Shown here: positions 20,224-29,728 of the stretch, in pieces
Numbering within the stretch: the stretch's first letter is position 1
Layout: the number at the start of each line of letters is the position of its first letter
IMG/VR virus record: IMGVR_UViG_3300032242_001752
Coordinates: 24,563 to 88,562 of that record
DNA length: 64,000 bases
Direction: 5' to 3' (one strand)
Source: a virus
Notes under the pieces: generated by a model
Database searches by the model: none
Told to the model about the DNA's origin: nothing
Seen by the model: the letters and a program-made list of their open reading frames with translations, nothing else
Made by a program: the position numbers and the translations under genes

Positions 20224-20902
20224 GCCAGATGAACTACCTGCCCGTAGACGCACTTGGGTAAAGATTGCAAGTATTCCACCAGCCAAACTAGGTTGGACCC
20301 TAGAGGATTGCACAGCGGTTCCTAGTGATGTTATGACAGCAGTTACCAAGTGGACTTCGGCGATTACATCAAACAAAGTAATTCGCGCTGAGGGTAAAGC
20401 AACCTGTGGACTTGGTCTGATGCTATATGGACTACCTGGTCGTGGTAAAACCACAATGGCAAATACTTTGCTACAAGAAGTTTTACGAACCGCTGCCCCT
20501 GAAGTTCTAGGCATGACACCGGGTAAGATTGTTTCTAGACCTGCCTACTTTATTACCTACAACGCTCTTCTTGACCTTAAGGGCGCAATCATGGAAGACC
20601 ATGACAATGATGACGAGCTGCTTTATAACGGCATCCTTGGCGAAGCGTATGATGACGCTTACAATGTTCGAGTATTAGTCCTAGACGATGTAGGCAAGGA
20701 ACACGCAAGCGCTTCGGGGTGGCAAAAGAATATGCTGCACCATGTGCTTCGTACGCGGTTTAATAATGGACTGCCAACTATCGTTACGACTAATCTAAAG
20801 ATTGATGACTGGGAGGCTCACTACGGGTCTGCTACGCAGTCGTTCGTACACGAATCGTTTATATATGTAAACATGGATTCGATTTCAGATTTGAGAAAAT
20901 AA
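20210..20902 (+). CDS. DnaC/IstB-like AAA+ helicase loader
   Basis: GLPGRGKT, LVLDDVGKE, RFNNGLPTIVTTN. Confidence 0.88.
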   Translation: MTMYKPDELPARRRTWVKIASIPPAKLGWTLEDCTAVPSDVMTAVTKWTSAITSNKVIRAEGKATCGLGLMLYGLPGRGKTTMANTLLQEVLRTAAPEVLGMTPGKIVSRPAYFITYNALLDLKGAIMEDHDNDDELLYNGILGEAYDDAYNVRVLVLDDVGKEHASASGWQKNMLHHVLRTRFNNGLPTIVTTNLKIDDWEAHYGSATQSFVHESFIYVNMDSISDLRK

Positions 20903-20903
20903 C

Positions 20904-21203
20904 ATGGCAGGTAAGCGATTACTACAGGTCTTTTTAAGTCCTACTTCAGATAATCCAGGCCCAGGAATTTTTGAGGTAAACACAGATGCTTTTAAGCACC
21001 TAACTTGCAACTGTCCAGGATTTATAGCAAAAAATACTTGCAAGCATACGTCATTAATTGAGCGCAGGATAGAAGAGAACAATGGCCTATATCCATTTGA
21101 TTTTGCAGAGAAAGTTACAAATACTGAAATAATTGAGGCCATGAGTAGTGAACAAAACTTTAGAGAATTTGTAATTAAATACGCTAAAGTAGAAATTTAC
21201 TGA
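20904..21203 (+). CDS. SWIM zinc-finger protein
   Basis: CNCPGF...CKH. Confidence 0.7.
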   Translation: MAGKRLLQVFLSPTSDNPGPGIFEVNTDAFKHLTCNCPGFIAKNTCKHTSLIERRIEENNGLYPFDFAEKVTNTEIIEAMSSEQNFREFVIKYAKVEIY

Positions 21204-21610
21204 TGCAAGGTAATGATATTAGCAATTCCTTACCTCAGCGGATTATAGTAACCGCAGAGGTAATTACAGACGTGAGTGAAGAAACTACAAAAGTTTTAGG
21301 ATTCGTGCCTGTAAAAAGAAGGCGCAAAGAGTACAACCGATTGGTGCTTAGTCACCTATACATGGTAACTTTAAAGCGTGGTATTACAATGGAGCTGGTC
21401 AGCTTTACACATTCAGATGATGACATGGTAGAGTTGATGCTTCATCTAGATAAGGTCGGAACGAATCCGTTTCGTTACGGCACATCTTACAAGTCGGTTG
21501 ATAAGTTAGTTTCAGAACTTCCTTACCGACCAGAAGTCATCGGCGTAATTGATATTCCATCGCGACTACTTAGGTACGGTCGATGGGGAATGGACTTTCC
21601 TAGTTTATGA
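21203..21610 (+). CDS. Hypothetical protein (possibly degenerate HAD-like)
   Basis: ORF track; translationally coupled in replication operon. Confidence 0.6.
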   Translation: MQGNDISNSLPQRIIVTAEVITDVSEETTKVLGFVPVKRRRKEYNRLVLSHLYMVTLKRGITMELVSFTHSDDDMVELMLHLDKVGTNPFRYGTSYKSVDKLVSELPYRPEVIGVIDIPSRLLRYGRWGMDFPSL

Positions 21611-22833
21611 GTACAGAAACAAAACTAATTGGAGCGGCTATCCGTGTCCGAGATTTAGCACCGCTATTTGAGCGCGGAGTATCCGACAACTGGTTTTCTA
21701 ATGAAGATGACAAGCGTGTCTGGTCATTTATGCGAACTCACTTTGCTAAGTATGGTGAAAGCCCTAGCGAAGAAGTAGTAGCTGCTAACTTTCCGACCTA
21801 TCGAATCGCAGAACTAACTGACTCGATGGATTTCCTACTAGACGACCTAGTAGATAAACGTCGCAAACTTTCTATTAGCAATACTCTACGCTCTGCTGTA
21901 GAGGCTATTCAAACGGATAAAGACCATGAGTCAGCTTTGCTTATTATGCAAAGTGGGTTGGTCAAGCTTGAGGAAGAGGGACTGAACAAGACCTCAGATA
22001 TCAACTTGATTACCACAACAGAATCTCGCTGGGAAGACTATCTGTTCCGTAAGAATAATCCTGGCCTACTAGGTGTTGCCACCGGTTTTCCTACAATTGA
22101 CGCTGTCACTAACGGCCTACAGAATGGTCAGTTAATCGTTATCGTGGCTACGCCTAAGACAGGTAAGTCAACGCTTGCTTTGCAGATTGCTAATAATATT
22201 CACAAGCAAGATATGTCGCCTATGTTCCAGTCATTTGAGATGACTAACCGCGAACAGCAAAACCGATATGACTCAATGCGAGCTTTGGTTTCGCACAACA
22301 GACTTATCTCAGGTACTCTTAACAAAGATGAAGAAAAGCGCTTTCAAGATTCCCTAACTGCAATGGCTGATGACCCTACAAATTTCTGGCTTGTAGATGC
22401 GGCCCACGGAATTACCGTGTCAGCTATCCAGAGTAAGATTCAAACCCTAAACCCAGACGTTGTATTCATCGATGGTGTTTATCTGATGATGGACGAGCAG
22501 ACTGGTGAGTCAAACACGCCACAGGCTTTGACAGGCATTACTCGTTCACTAAAGCGCTTGGCTCAAAGAACTAATAAGCCTATCGTGATTACCACTCAGG
22601 CCCTTAACTGGAAAACTAAAAAGGGTAAAGTATCCACAGACTCTATCGGTTACTCATCATCATTCCTACAGGATGCTGACGTAGTATTCGGACTTGAACG
22701 TGAGGACGAGAACGTAGATGACACCAGAACGCTAAAGGTTATGGCTGCTCGTAACAGCGGTAACGTAGAGGCCTCTCTGATGTGGGACTGGGCCAGTGGT
22801 CTATTCCGTGAGATGACTGGAGATGACGTATGA
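21607..22833 (+). CDS. dnaB: Replicative DNA helicase
   Basis: TGFPTID..TNGLQNGQL, PKTGKST, SFEM, VFIDG, QDAD. Confidence 0.93.
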   Translation: MSTETKLIGAAIRVRDLAPLFERGVSDNWFSNEDDKRVWSFMRTHFAKYGESPSEEVVAANFPTYRIAELTDSMDFLLDDLVDKRRKLSISNTLRSAVEAIQTDKDHESALLIMQSGLVKLEEEGLNKTSDINLITTTESRWEDYLFRKNNPGLLGVATGFPTIDAVTNGLQNGQLIVIVATPKTGKSTLALQIANNIHKQDMSPMFQSFEMTNREQQNRYDSMRALVSHNRLISGTLNKDEEKRFQDSLTAMADDPTNFWLVDAAHGITVSAIQSKIQTLNPDVVFIDGVYLMMDEQTGESNTPQALTGITRSLKRLAQRTNKPIVITTQALNWKTKKGKVSTDSIGYSSSFLQDADVVFGLEREDENVDDTRTLKVMAARNSGNVEASLMWDWASGLFREMTGDDV

Positions 22834-23780
22834 GACTAGAAGAAATGGAAAAAGTCCTAGAAAGGCTTAGCATTGAGCCAATAAATTCTAGAGGCTCAGA
22901 AATTCTTGCACTATGCCCAGGCCACAAAGAGCTAACAGGCAAGGAAGATAGAAACCCATCTTGGTGGATTAACTCAGAGACCGGTGCGCACATCTGTTTT
23001 TCTTGCGGGTTTAAAGGCAATATCTGGTCTTTGATTGCTACCGTACAAGGGTATAAAGACGCAAATGGTTTTCTAGATTATGCAGACGCTAAAGACTGGT
23101 TGTATTTATCATTTGACAATATACAGCTCGGTCCTGCAGAAGAAGACCAAGAGCAAGAGTCTATTTTTAAAGAAGTAACTAATATTACAGAATCAAGACT
23201 TGCTCTATTTACCTTGCCGCCTGCTCATGCTTTGGCTGCCAGGGGACTCACACTTCAAGCAGCTGAGCAATACCAGCTACTATGGGACACAGCTCATTCA
23301 AACTGGATTACGGTAATTAGAGATCCGTATTCAAATAAATTATTAGGATGGCAGGAGAAAGGCTATTCCCGTCGTTATTTCAGGAATTACCCACAAGGCG
23401 TAGAAAAGTCTACGACCCTGTTCGGATATAAGCAATACACGGGAGGACGCATGATTGTGGTAGAATCTCCTTTAGACGTAGTTAGGCTAGCATCTGTGGG
23501 AATTCAAGGTGGCGTATCTACTTACGGGTCTATCATCTCTAATACTCAACTAGAGCTAATTAAAGATGCAGATGAAATCGTATTTGCTTTAGATAATGAT
23601 GAGTCAGGAATGAACTCTACGAAAAAGATGCTCGAACAAAATTTCGAAGCATGGTACTTCAACTATTCGAACACAGATATGAAAGATATAGGCGCTATGA
23701 GCAAGGCTGAAATCCTTAATGGATTATCTACAGCTAAACACTCTGTGCACGGATTAGGGGCACTTACATGGGATTTGTAG
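22830..23780 (+). CDS. dnaG: DNA primase (Zn finger + TOPRIM)
   Basis: CPGH...CFSC; VVESPLD; LDNDESG. Confidence 0.9.
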   Translation: MRLEEMEKVLERLSIEPINSRGSEILALCPGHKELTGKEDRNPSWWINSETGAHICFSCGFKGNIWSLIATVQGYKDANGFLDYADAKDWLYLSFDNIQLGPAEEDQEQESIFKEVTNITESRLALFTLPPAHALAARGLTLQAAEQYQLLWDTAHSNWITVIRDPYSNKLLGWQEKGYSRRYFRNYPQGVEKSTTLFGYKQYTGGRMIVVESPLDVVRLASVGIQGGVSTYGSIISNTQLELIKDADEIVFALDNDESGMNSTKKMLEQNFEAWYFNYSNTDMKDIGAMSKAEILNGLSTAKHSVHGLGALTWDL

Positions 23781-25351
23781 GAACACTTCTTCCTTATCAG
23801 CCAGAGGCTGTAGATAAGATGACCGAACGCGGAAAAATGCTTGTTGCATACGATTTAGGATTAGGTAAAACAGTTCTAACTATTGCCGCAGTAGAAAAAC
23901 TTATGGATGACCAAAAGATTACTGAGCCAGGATTAATTATCTGTTTATCCAGCCTGAAGTATCAATGGGAATCATCTATTACAAAATTTACTAACGGCTC
24001 AAAAGCTATTGTAATTGATGGCTCACCTGAGCAAAGAAAAAAGCAATATGAAAGAGCTATGCGCTGGCGACTATCTGGAATTGACTATATCATCATGAAC
24101 TATGAGCAAGTAGTTAATGACTGGGCATATGTAAGTAAATTGCCTAGAGGTTTTATTGTGTTGGACGAAGCCACTGCAATTAAATCTTTTAAATCAAAAC
24201 GCGCTAAAGCAGTTAAGCGATTGGCTACTTGTGACTATCGATTTGCGCTTACAGGAACCCCTATCGAAAACGGTAAACCAGAAGAACTATTCAGCATCAT
24301 GCAGTTTGTAGATGACAGTGTTCTTGGTCGATTCGACAAGTTTGATATGACCTTTATCGTTCGTAATGGCTGGGGTGGAGTAGACCGCTATCGCAACTTA
24401 CCTACCTTACATGAGAGGATGAAAGAAGCATCTGTTCGTAAAGCACAAAAAGACCCAGATGTAGCACCTTTCTTGCCCGCCACTATTCACAAAGACCCTG
24501 TATACGTAACTATGGACAGAAAGACATCTAAACTATATAAACGTATTTCAGATGATTTACTTATGGACCTAGATAATGCTCAAACACTATTTGGTAGTTC
24601 ATTTAATATAATGTCGCATTATGGGTTTGAAAAATCATGGGGAGGCCCTGCAGACGAGCTCCGGGGACAAGTTATGTCTAAAATAGGCGCTCTAAAAATG
24701 CTGACATGCTCCCCAGATTTGCTAAAAACAAGTGCTAAAAAGTTCAGGGACGGCAATGGTGAAGGGTCTGCTTATGCGGATATTTTAGATCAAGAGGGTT
24801 TACTAGACAGTATGCCAAATACAAAACTAGATTCCTTTATCGCCTATGCCAAAGATTTCCTAGAGCAAGATGAAAAAAATAAGCTAGTTGTATTTTGCTC
24901 TTATGTAGATATGGTTGATATAATTGCAGATAGGATTGGCCGAGACATTAGCGTTACTTATACCGGTCAACTAGATGCTAAGACTAAGGAGAATCATAAA
25001 AATGCGCTTAACAATGACCCTAATATTCGTGTGTTCATTAGTTCTGATGCCGGCGGTTATGGCGTTGACCTTCCGGCTGCGAACATGCTCATTAACTATG
25101 ATTTACCTTGGTCTTCTGGTCTGGCTACTCAGCGTAACGGGCGCATTCGTAGAGCTTCTTCTGAGTGGAAAACCATAGTTATTCAAGACTTTTTAGTTTC
25201 TGGCTCAGTAGAAGTTAGGCAATACGCAGCTCTTCAACAAAAAAATGCAGTAGCTTCGGCCGTTATTGATGGCGAAGGAATTAATGATAAAGGAGGGGTG
25301 GACTTTACCATCGGAACTCTTCGCGGGTTCTTATTGGATACGTCTGTATAA
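23768..25351 (+). CDS. SNF2-family DNA helicase
   Basis: LGLGKT, LDEAT, LTGTPIEN, QRNGRIRR. Confidence 0.9.
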   Translation: MGFVGTLLPYQPEAVDKMTERGKMLVAYDLGLGKTVLTIAAVEKLMDDQKITEPGLIICLSSLKYQWESSITKFTNGSKAIVIDGSPEQRKKQYERAMRWRLSGIDYIIMNYEQVVNDWAYVSKLPRGFIVLDEATAIKSFKSKRAKAVKRLATCDYRFALTGTPIENGKPEELFSIMQFVDDSVLGRFDKFDMTFIVRNGWGGVDRYRNLPTLHERMKEASVRKAQKDPDVAPFLPATIHKDPVYVTMDRKTSKLYKRISDDLLMDLDNAQTLFGSSFNIMSHYGFEKSWGGPADELRGQVMSKIGALKMLTCSPDLLKTSAKKFRDGNGEGSAYADILDQEGLLDSMPNTKLDSFIAYAKDFLEQDEKNKLVVFCSYVDMVDIIADRIGRDISVTYTGQLDAKTKENHKNALNNDPNIRVFISSDAGGYGVDLPAANMLINYDLPWSSGLATQRNGRIRRASSEWKTIVIQDFLVSGSVEVRQYAALQQKNAVASAVIDGEGINDKGGVDFTIGTLRGFLLDTSV

Positions 25352-25352
25352 T

Positions 25353-25529
25353 ATGCCTAGTTATAGTTTTAAATGCCCAAACTGTGAAGCAACAGCTACG
25401 GTTACTCAAGATGTAAGCGATAATCCAAAAACTCCTGAGTGTCTTAGCTGTGAAACAGATATGATTAGAGTATACGGAGGCCTTTCTGTACAATTCAGAG
25501 GCGGCGGATGGGGAAGTAGTCGCGGATGA
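25353..25529 (+). CDS. FmdB-family zinc-ribbon protein
   Basis: MPSYSFKCPNC...CLSC...FRGGGWGS. Confidence 0.8.
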   Translation: MPSYSFKCPNCEATATVTQDVSDNPKTPECLSCETDMIRVYGGLSVQFRGGGWGSSRG

Positions 25530-25762
25530 CATTTGAAGAATGGTTGCAGTACGGCCTTACACAGGGTTGGTGTGGCCCATCTATTTGCGAAATACATGAT
25601 GGCTTACCGATGAGTGTTGAGGAAGAAATAGCTTATGAAAATGGAGAAGACCCGTGCATCCATATCATAAGACTTTACGAAACTCAGCTAGACAAAGCTG
25701 AGGTGGAAAAAAATCACGCCCCAAGCATCTGGAGAGCAACAAACTCTGGATATGAGCTATAA
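25526..25762 (+). CDS. Hypothetical protein
   Basis: ORF track; C..HDG...DPCIHIIR. Confidence 0.6.
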   Translation: MTFEEWLQYGLTQGWCGPSICEIHDGLPMSVEEEIAYENGEDPCIHIIRLYETQLDKAEVEKNHAPSIWRATNSGYEL

Positions 25763-25771
25763 GGAGATAAA

Positions 25772-25903
25772 ATGGCAAAAGGAAAGCCAGCACCAGCAGC
25801 GCCTGTTAAATCAGGCAGCGGTCGTAACAACGGTAAAGCGTTTAAAAAGCGTCCTAAAGTTTGGGATGCAATTAAGCGTAAGTTAGTCACTAAAAAAGAC
25901 TAA
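25772..25903 (+). CDS. 43-aa basic protein
   Basis: SD AAGGAG; MAKGKPAPAAPVKSGSGRNNGKAFKKRPKVWDAIKRKLVTKKD. Confidence 0.6.
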   Translation: MAKGKPAPAAPVKSGSGRNNGKAFKKRPKVWDAIKRKLVTKKD

Positions 25904-25905
25904 AA

Positions 25906-25940
25906 TAAAATCCCCCTGCCAAATAAGCAGGGGGATTTTT
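25906..25940. terminator. Bidirectional terminator between convergent operons
   Basis: AAAATCCCCCTGC-caaataa-GCAGGGGGATTTTT. Confidence 0.85.
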
Positions 25941-25949
25941 ATTTACAGA

Positions 25950-26342
25950 CTAGGCTGTTGGTGGAGTTTCTTCTGCAGGTTCTTCTGCAGGAGCATCTAC
26001 ATGGTCTTCTAGTTCAGACAAGTCACCAAAGTCAGATAGCTGAGGTGTTTCAGCTGCTGATTCTTCAAGCGCCTTTTTGATTTCAGGGTCATTAGCCGAC
26101 TGCTTTGCGACAGCCGCACGGAATCCTTTTTCAATGTCTTCGTCAGAGATGCTAGCATCCCAAGCAAGTTGAACACCAAAATAAATGATGATAGAAGCAA
26201 ATACGGTCATAACACCGTTTATAGCTCCTAGAAGTGGGCCAATACCGCTAGCGGAACCTGTGGCCATACCCGGAATAGCTGCAAAGAAAATTACACCTAC
26301 TGAACGGACAATTAAATTCTTTAATTTATTTAGCAATTGCAA
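25950..26342 (-). CDS. Holin-like membrane protein
   Basis: Two hydrophobic segments, acidic tail, downstream of M23 lysin. Confidence 0.55.
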   Translation of the reverse strand: MQLLNKLKNLIVRSVGVIFFAAIPGMATGSASGIGPLLGAINGVMTVFASIIIYFGVQLAWDASISDEDIEKGFRAAVAKQSANDPEIKKALEESAAETPQLSDFGDLSELEDHVDAPAEEPAEETPPTA

Positions 26343-26877
26343 TCTCCTGTTTACAAGTTGGGCAAACCTTTACGTCTGCGTGAACGGGTGCAGCGACTGG
26401 TGCAGCGGGAGCAGCAGGTGCAACAGCTGGCTTTGCAGCCTTCTGTTTTGCAATCTGGCCTTTAATGTAATCGTGAGCGTTAAATACTTTACCGCCAAAC
26501 ACGCCTTCTACAGTTGTGCTTAGAGTAAAGTGAAGGTGGCAACCAAAGCTCGCTGAGCCTGTGTTACCTGCTTTACCAACTACGTCTCCTGACTTCACGA
26601 CTGTTCCAACCGGTAGCGGCGATGGTTCATTCATGTGGCAGTAACCAAAGTAGTGATTATTGTCGGTTTTTAGTACAACAACGTTACCAAGAACGGTGCT
26701 TTGTGCTAGAGGTCTGTTAAGTACGATTGTTCCATCGTTTACAGCGAGCAAAGGCTCGCCAACTGCAAAACCGTTATAGTCGGTTCCACGGTGACCAGGA
26801 GCTTTGTGCCACTGGTCTACTGCGCCAAATAGTGATCCGAGTTTGACCTTCTTTACTGGGAAAATCCAGTTACCCAT
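26326..26877 (-). CDS. M23 peptidase, putative endolysin
   Basis: HRGTDY, YCHM, HLHF; SD GAAAGGA before ATG 26877. Confidence 0.85.
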   Translation of the reverse strand: MGNWIFPVKKVKLGSLFGAVDQWHKAPGHRGTDYNGFAVGEPLLAVNDGTIVLNRPLAQSTVLGNVVVLKTDNNHYFGYCHMNEPSPLPVGTVVKSGDVVGKAGNTGSASFGCHLHFTLSTTVEGVFGGKVFNAHDYIKGQIAKQKAAKPAVAPAAPAAPVAAPVHADVKVCPTCKQEIAIAK

Positions 26878-26925
26878 AGTGGGATTCCTTTCGAAGGGTT
26901 GGAGGGACACTTCTATTGTCGCTTA

Positions 26926-27087
26926 TTAATCCCTATTTCGCAGTGGATACGTGGCTATCCAGATGACTAGCGAGCCGATAATACACCAGCCAACTACGAC
27001 TTTAGCAGACCCTTCTAGGACTACCCAGGCCACAAACATGCCCAAAAGCGTCCATAATTGGCCTAGGAGGTCATTTAAGAACTTCAT
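26926..27087 (-). CDS. 53-aa two-TM membrane protein
   Basis: MKFLNDLLGQLWTLLGMFVAWVVLEGSAKVVVGWCIIGSLVIWIATYPLRNRD read from minus strand. Confidence 0.7.
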   Translation of the reverse strand: MKFLNDLLGQLWTLLGMFVAWVVLEGSAKVVVGWCIIGSLVIWIATYPLRNRD

Positions 27088-27377
27088 TTAACTTTCCTTC
27101 GATTAGAACCAGATGAGCCGGAAGACGCGCCTCCAGCGGCATTAGCTGCGGCACTAGCAGCGCTTTGAGCTGCCATTAGCCCGGCTTGGGTTGCTACTTG
27201 CGTAACGATAATTGCCGAAATAACCACCTTCTGTGCCTTTTTACGGACAGCAGGTGGCAAATCAGCACCGATGTTGTTCAAAGCATTGGCAACATCAGTA
27301 AACCCTTGAAATACTGCCCCCAGTACCGGAACTGCTGCAATAGGGTTATTATTGCTATAGTCCTTTGGGGGTATTAT
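27084..27377 (-). CDS. Probable -1 frameshift extension (97 aa, hydrophobic) of the PA14 protein
   Basis: Open -1 frame from slippery T TTA AAA; no credible independent start. Confidence 0.6.
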   Translation of the reverse strand: MIPPKDYSNNNPIAAVPVLGAVFQGFTDVANALNNIGADLPPAVRKKAQKVVISAIIVTQVATQAGLMAAQSAASAAANAAGGASSGSSGSNRRKVK

Positions 27378-28852
27378 TTTAAAACTAAAACAAACTGCTG
27401 TCTAGAAAGGTACGCACCGTCAGCGTAATATTTAGGATTACTTTTCTTTGGCCGTCTTTTGTCAGCGGCAGTTGGTTTAGGAATATTTGCTAAGTCAATC
27501 TTGGCCTGAGCAAGTTGCGCCTCTAAACTGTCTACCTTTTGAGCGGCATTGTCAATTCCAGAGAAAGTAACGCTGTATTGATTCTTTAAGTCCCTTAAAT
27601 TAGCATCGGCTACTGCTTTAGTATCACTACTAGTTTGCCAAGTATTTTCCGCAGATTGTACGTCTGAATTCTTTTGGTTTAAAACAGCCCGTTTTCCGGA
27701 TAACGTGGCACCGGCATATCCATAAGCAGTTACCTTACCGTCATAGGCATCGCAAGCATTTTGGTAAACAACATTTGCCTGCTCTTCAGCAGCCACTGCT
27801 TGAACATAATCGTTTGTCTTTTGGTCCAAGATAGTCTTTAGGGCTGGGTCTTTAACCATAGTTACTACTGCATCTTGGGTAAAGAAGGATGCTGGAGCTA
27901 CTGCATAAGCGCTACCATTTAAAGGCTTGTAGTTCAAGGTAGAACAAGCACCACCAGTCCACTCGTAGAACCAAGCATCTACAGCGTAAGATTTACCACC
28001 AGTAAAGCTAAACAGGCCAGTTGAGTTTGCTCCACAGCCTTTTAGTGACCAGTCATTGATTACCTGAGTACCGTTGATAGACATGTAGAAACCGTCATCA
28101 GCAGGGGCCTGGAAGTAAACTTTAGTGGTAGTTGGATATGTAATGTAACCACGGTAGTGAAGCATAATGTAATCAGAGCCACAGCCAAGAATATCTCCAT
28201 TACCCCAGTTAGCGTTAATCTGCGTAACTGTAGTTGTCTTACACTTTGTGTAGGCAGTATCTGACTTCTGTGGGGGATTACCGTTACGGCTAATTCCTGT
28301 ATAGACATCTACTTTCAAACCAGGTGTACTACCAGAACCGCCAGCGTTAATCAACTTAGTGTCGTAATCATTTTGTGCTTGGTTCATGGCTGCCTGAGCA
28401 TTATCGCTATTTTGCTGGGCGGTTACATAATTTGCGTATGTGCTATCTACAAGGTCACTAGCTGCATTGACTGCATCTACGGCTTTAGAAACAGCCGCTT
28501 CCGCAGCTTGCTCATCAGCAAATGCTGCATCGTAGCTTGCTCTTTTATCTGTGTAGTCAGCTTGAGCAGCGTCTAGGGCATCTTGCGCCTGAGTAACAGC
28601 TGTTTGGGCATCATTAATTTGATTTGCCTGGTCATTAGAAGAGTTAGTCCAGCTGTCTAATTCAGCTTGGGCGCTATTTAGCTGAGATTGTAAATCAGCA
28701 ATTTTAGCTTGGGCAGCTGCAACTTGATTATTGTAATCAGTGGTGCTGTCAGCAGAGGCAGGGCTTGATAAAAAGAATACGAACAGTAGTGCGAGAGGGG
28801 TTACGAATAGTGCTGCGAACTTACGCAGTCTAGACACTTGGTTCCTTTTCAA
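27374..28852 (-). CDS. Secreted coiled-coil protein with PA14 domain
   Basis: Signal peptide (ASA-DS); INANWG, ADDGFYMSING, FYEWTGG. Confidence 0.8.
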   Translation of the reverse strand: MKRNQVSRLRKFAALFVTPLALLFVFFLSSPASADSTTDYNNQVAAAQAKIADLQSQLNSAQAELDSWTNSSNDQANQINDAQTAVTQAQDALDAAQADYTDKRASYDAAFADEQAAEAAVSKAVDAVNAASDLVDSTYANYVTAQQNSDNAQAAMNQAQNDYDTKLINAGGSGSTPGLKVDVYTGISRNGNPPQKSDTAYTKCKTTTVTQINANWGNGDILGCGSDYIMLHYRGYITYPTTTKVYFQAPADDGFYMSINGTQVINDWSLKGCGANSTGLFSFTGGKSYAVDAWFYEWTGGACSTLNYKPLNGSAYAVAPASFFTQDAVVTMVKDPALKTILDQKTNDYVQAVAAEEQANVVYQNACDAYDGKVTAYGYAGATLSGKRAVLNQKNSDVQSAENTWQTSSDTKAVADANLRDLKNQYSVTFSGIDNAAQKVDSLEAQLAQAKIDLANIPKPTAADKRRPKKSNPKYYADGAYLSRQQFVLVLK

Positions 28853-29014
28853 AAATAGGGGATAATTTATTGTCCCTCATAAGGGTGTATTTTTTCTGCT
28901 TAAACTTGACAAAGCCCCTAAAACCTGTGCTATGGTTTTACCCATAACTGAATATAGTGTCACTTCGACAATAAACGACCCCAGCACTAAAGCAATGAAA
29001 GGTAAGGTCGCCAA

Positions 29015-29539
29015 ATGAAAAAGTACGTAATAATCGCCAGCGTAATGTTAACTCTCGCTGGTTGTTCTGCTTCTGCAGCAACTGCTGTAGTTACAGATTT
29101 ACAAAAAACAAATACACAGGTTTCACATGTGTCTTTTAACCAAGCTTTAACATCTAAAGCTAATGGTAAAAAAATGATTCGCACTGTGAACTACCTAATA
29201 TCACGCGTAGGAAGAACCTCTTACGTATTCTCAGGAGAAACCCCATATGGTTGGGATTGCTCCGGTATGGTCCGTTGGACATACAAACAATTTGGTATCA
29301 CGCTCCCTCACTCTGCTAATAAACAGGGTCATTTGGGAGCCCGTGTAAACAAACCTAAAATAGGCGACATAGTTGTTTTTGCCTATAAGGGACGCACGGA
29401 TTTCTACCACGCCGCCATCTACATTGGTAAAGGCAAAGTAATCAACGCTAACTACGGCTCAGGCACCACTATAATCGAGCCATTATCGGACTACAAAGGT
29501 AGCGAAATTCGGTTTATCCGAGTGTTACCTACGATATAA
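29015..29539 (+). CDS. NlpC/P60 peptidoglycan hydrolase (lipobox LAGC)
   Basis: GWDCSG, HAAIYIG. Confidence 0.9.
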   Translation: MKKYVIIASVMLTLAGCSASAATAVVTDLQKTNTQVSHVSFNQALTSKANGKKMIRTVNYLISRVGRTSYVFSGETPYGWDCSGMVRWTYKQFGITLPHSANKQGHLGARVNKPKIGDIVVFAYKGRTDFYHAAIYIGKGKVINANYGSGTTIIEPLSDYKGSEIRFIRVLPTI

Positions 29540-29549
29540 TGTAACGGTC

Positions 29550-29622
29550 GCCTCAATAGCTCAGTTGGTAGAGCGCAATACTTGTAATATTGATGTCGCG
29601 GGTTCGATTCCTGCTTGAGGCT
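29550..29622 (+). tRNA. tRNA-Thr(TGT)
   Basis: Acceptor GCCTCAA/TTGAGGC; anticodon arm CAATA-ctTGTaa-TATTG; TTCGATT T-loop; CCA not encoded. Confidence 0.95.
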
Positions 29623-29728
29623 CTTTTATGGTAAAATCTTCTTAGACACGCCAATCGGGTGTCATAAATAATACTGTGCTACGGGCAGTAAAAGTACCAA
29701 GGCACAGTTGTCGTCTAAAGGAGACAAC

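Noticed and set aside
81-25600. Many antisense or alternate-frame ORFs in the track (e.g. 81-626, 3342-3614, 19707-20066; likewise 45723-46280 and 54257-54781)
   Set aside because: They overlap well-supported genes and have no SD or motifs, so they are shadow ORFs.
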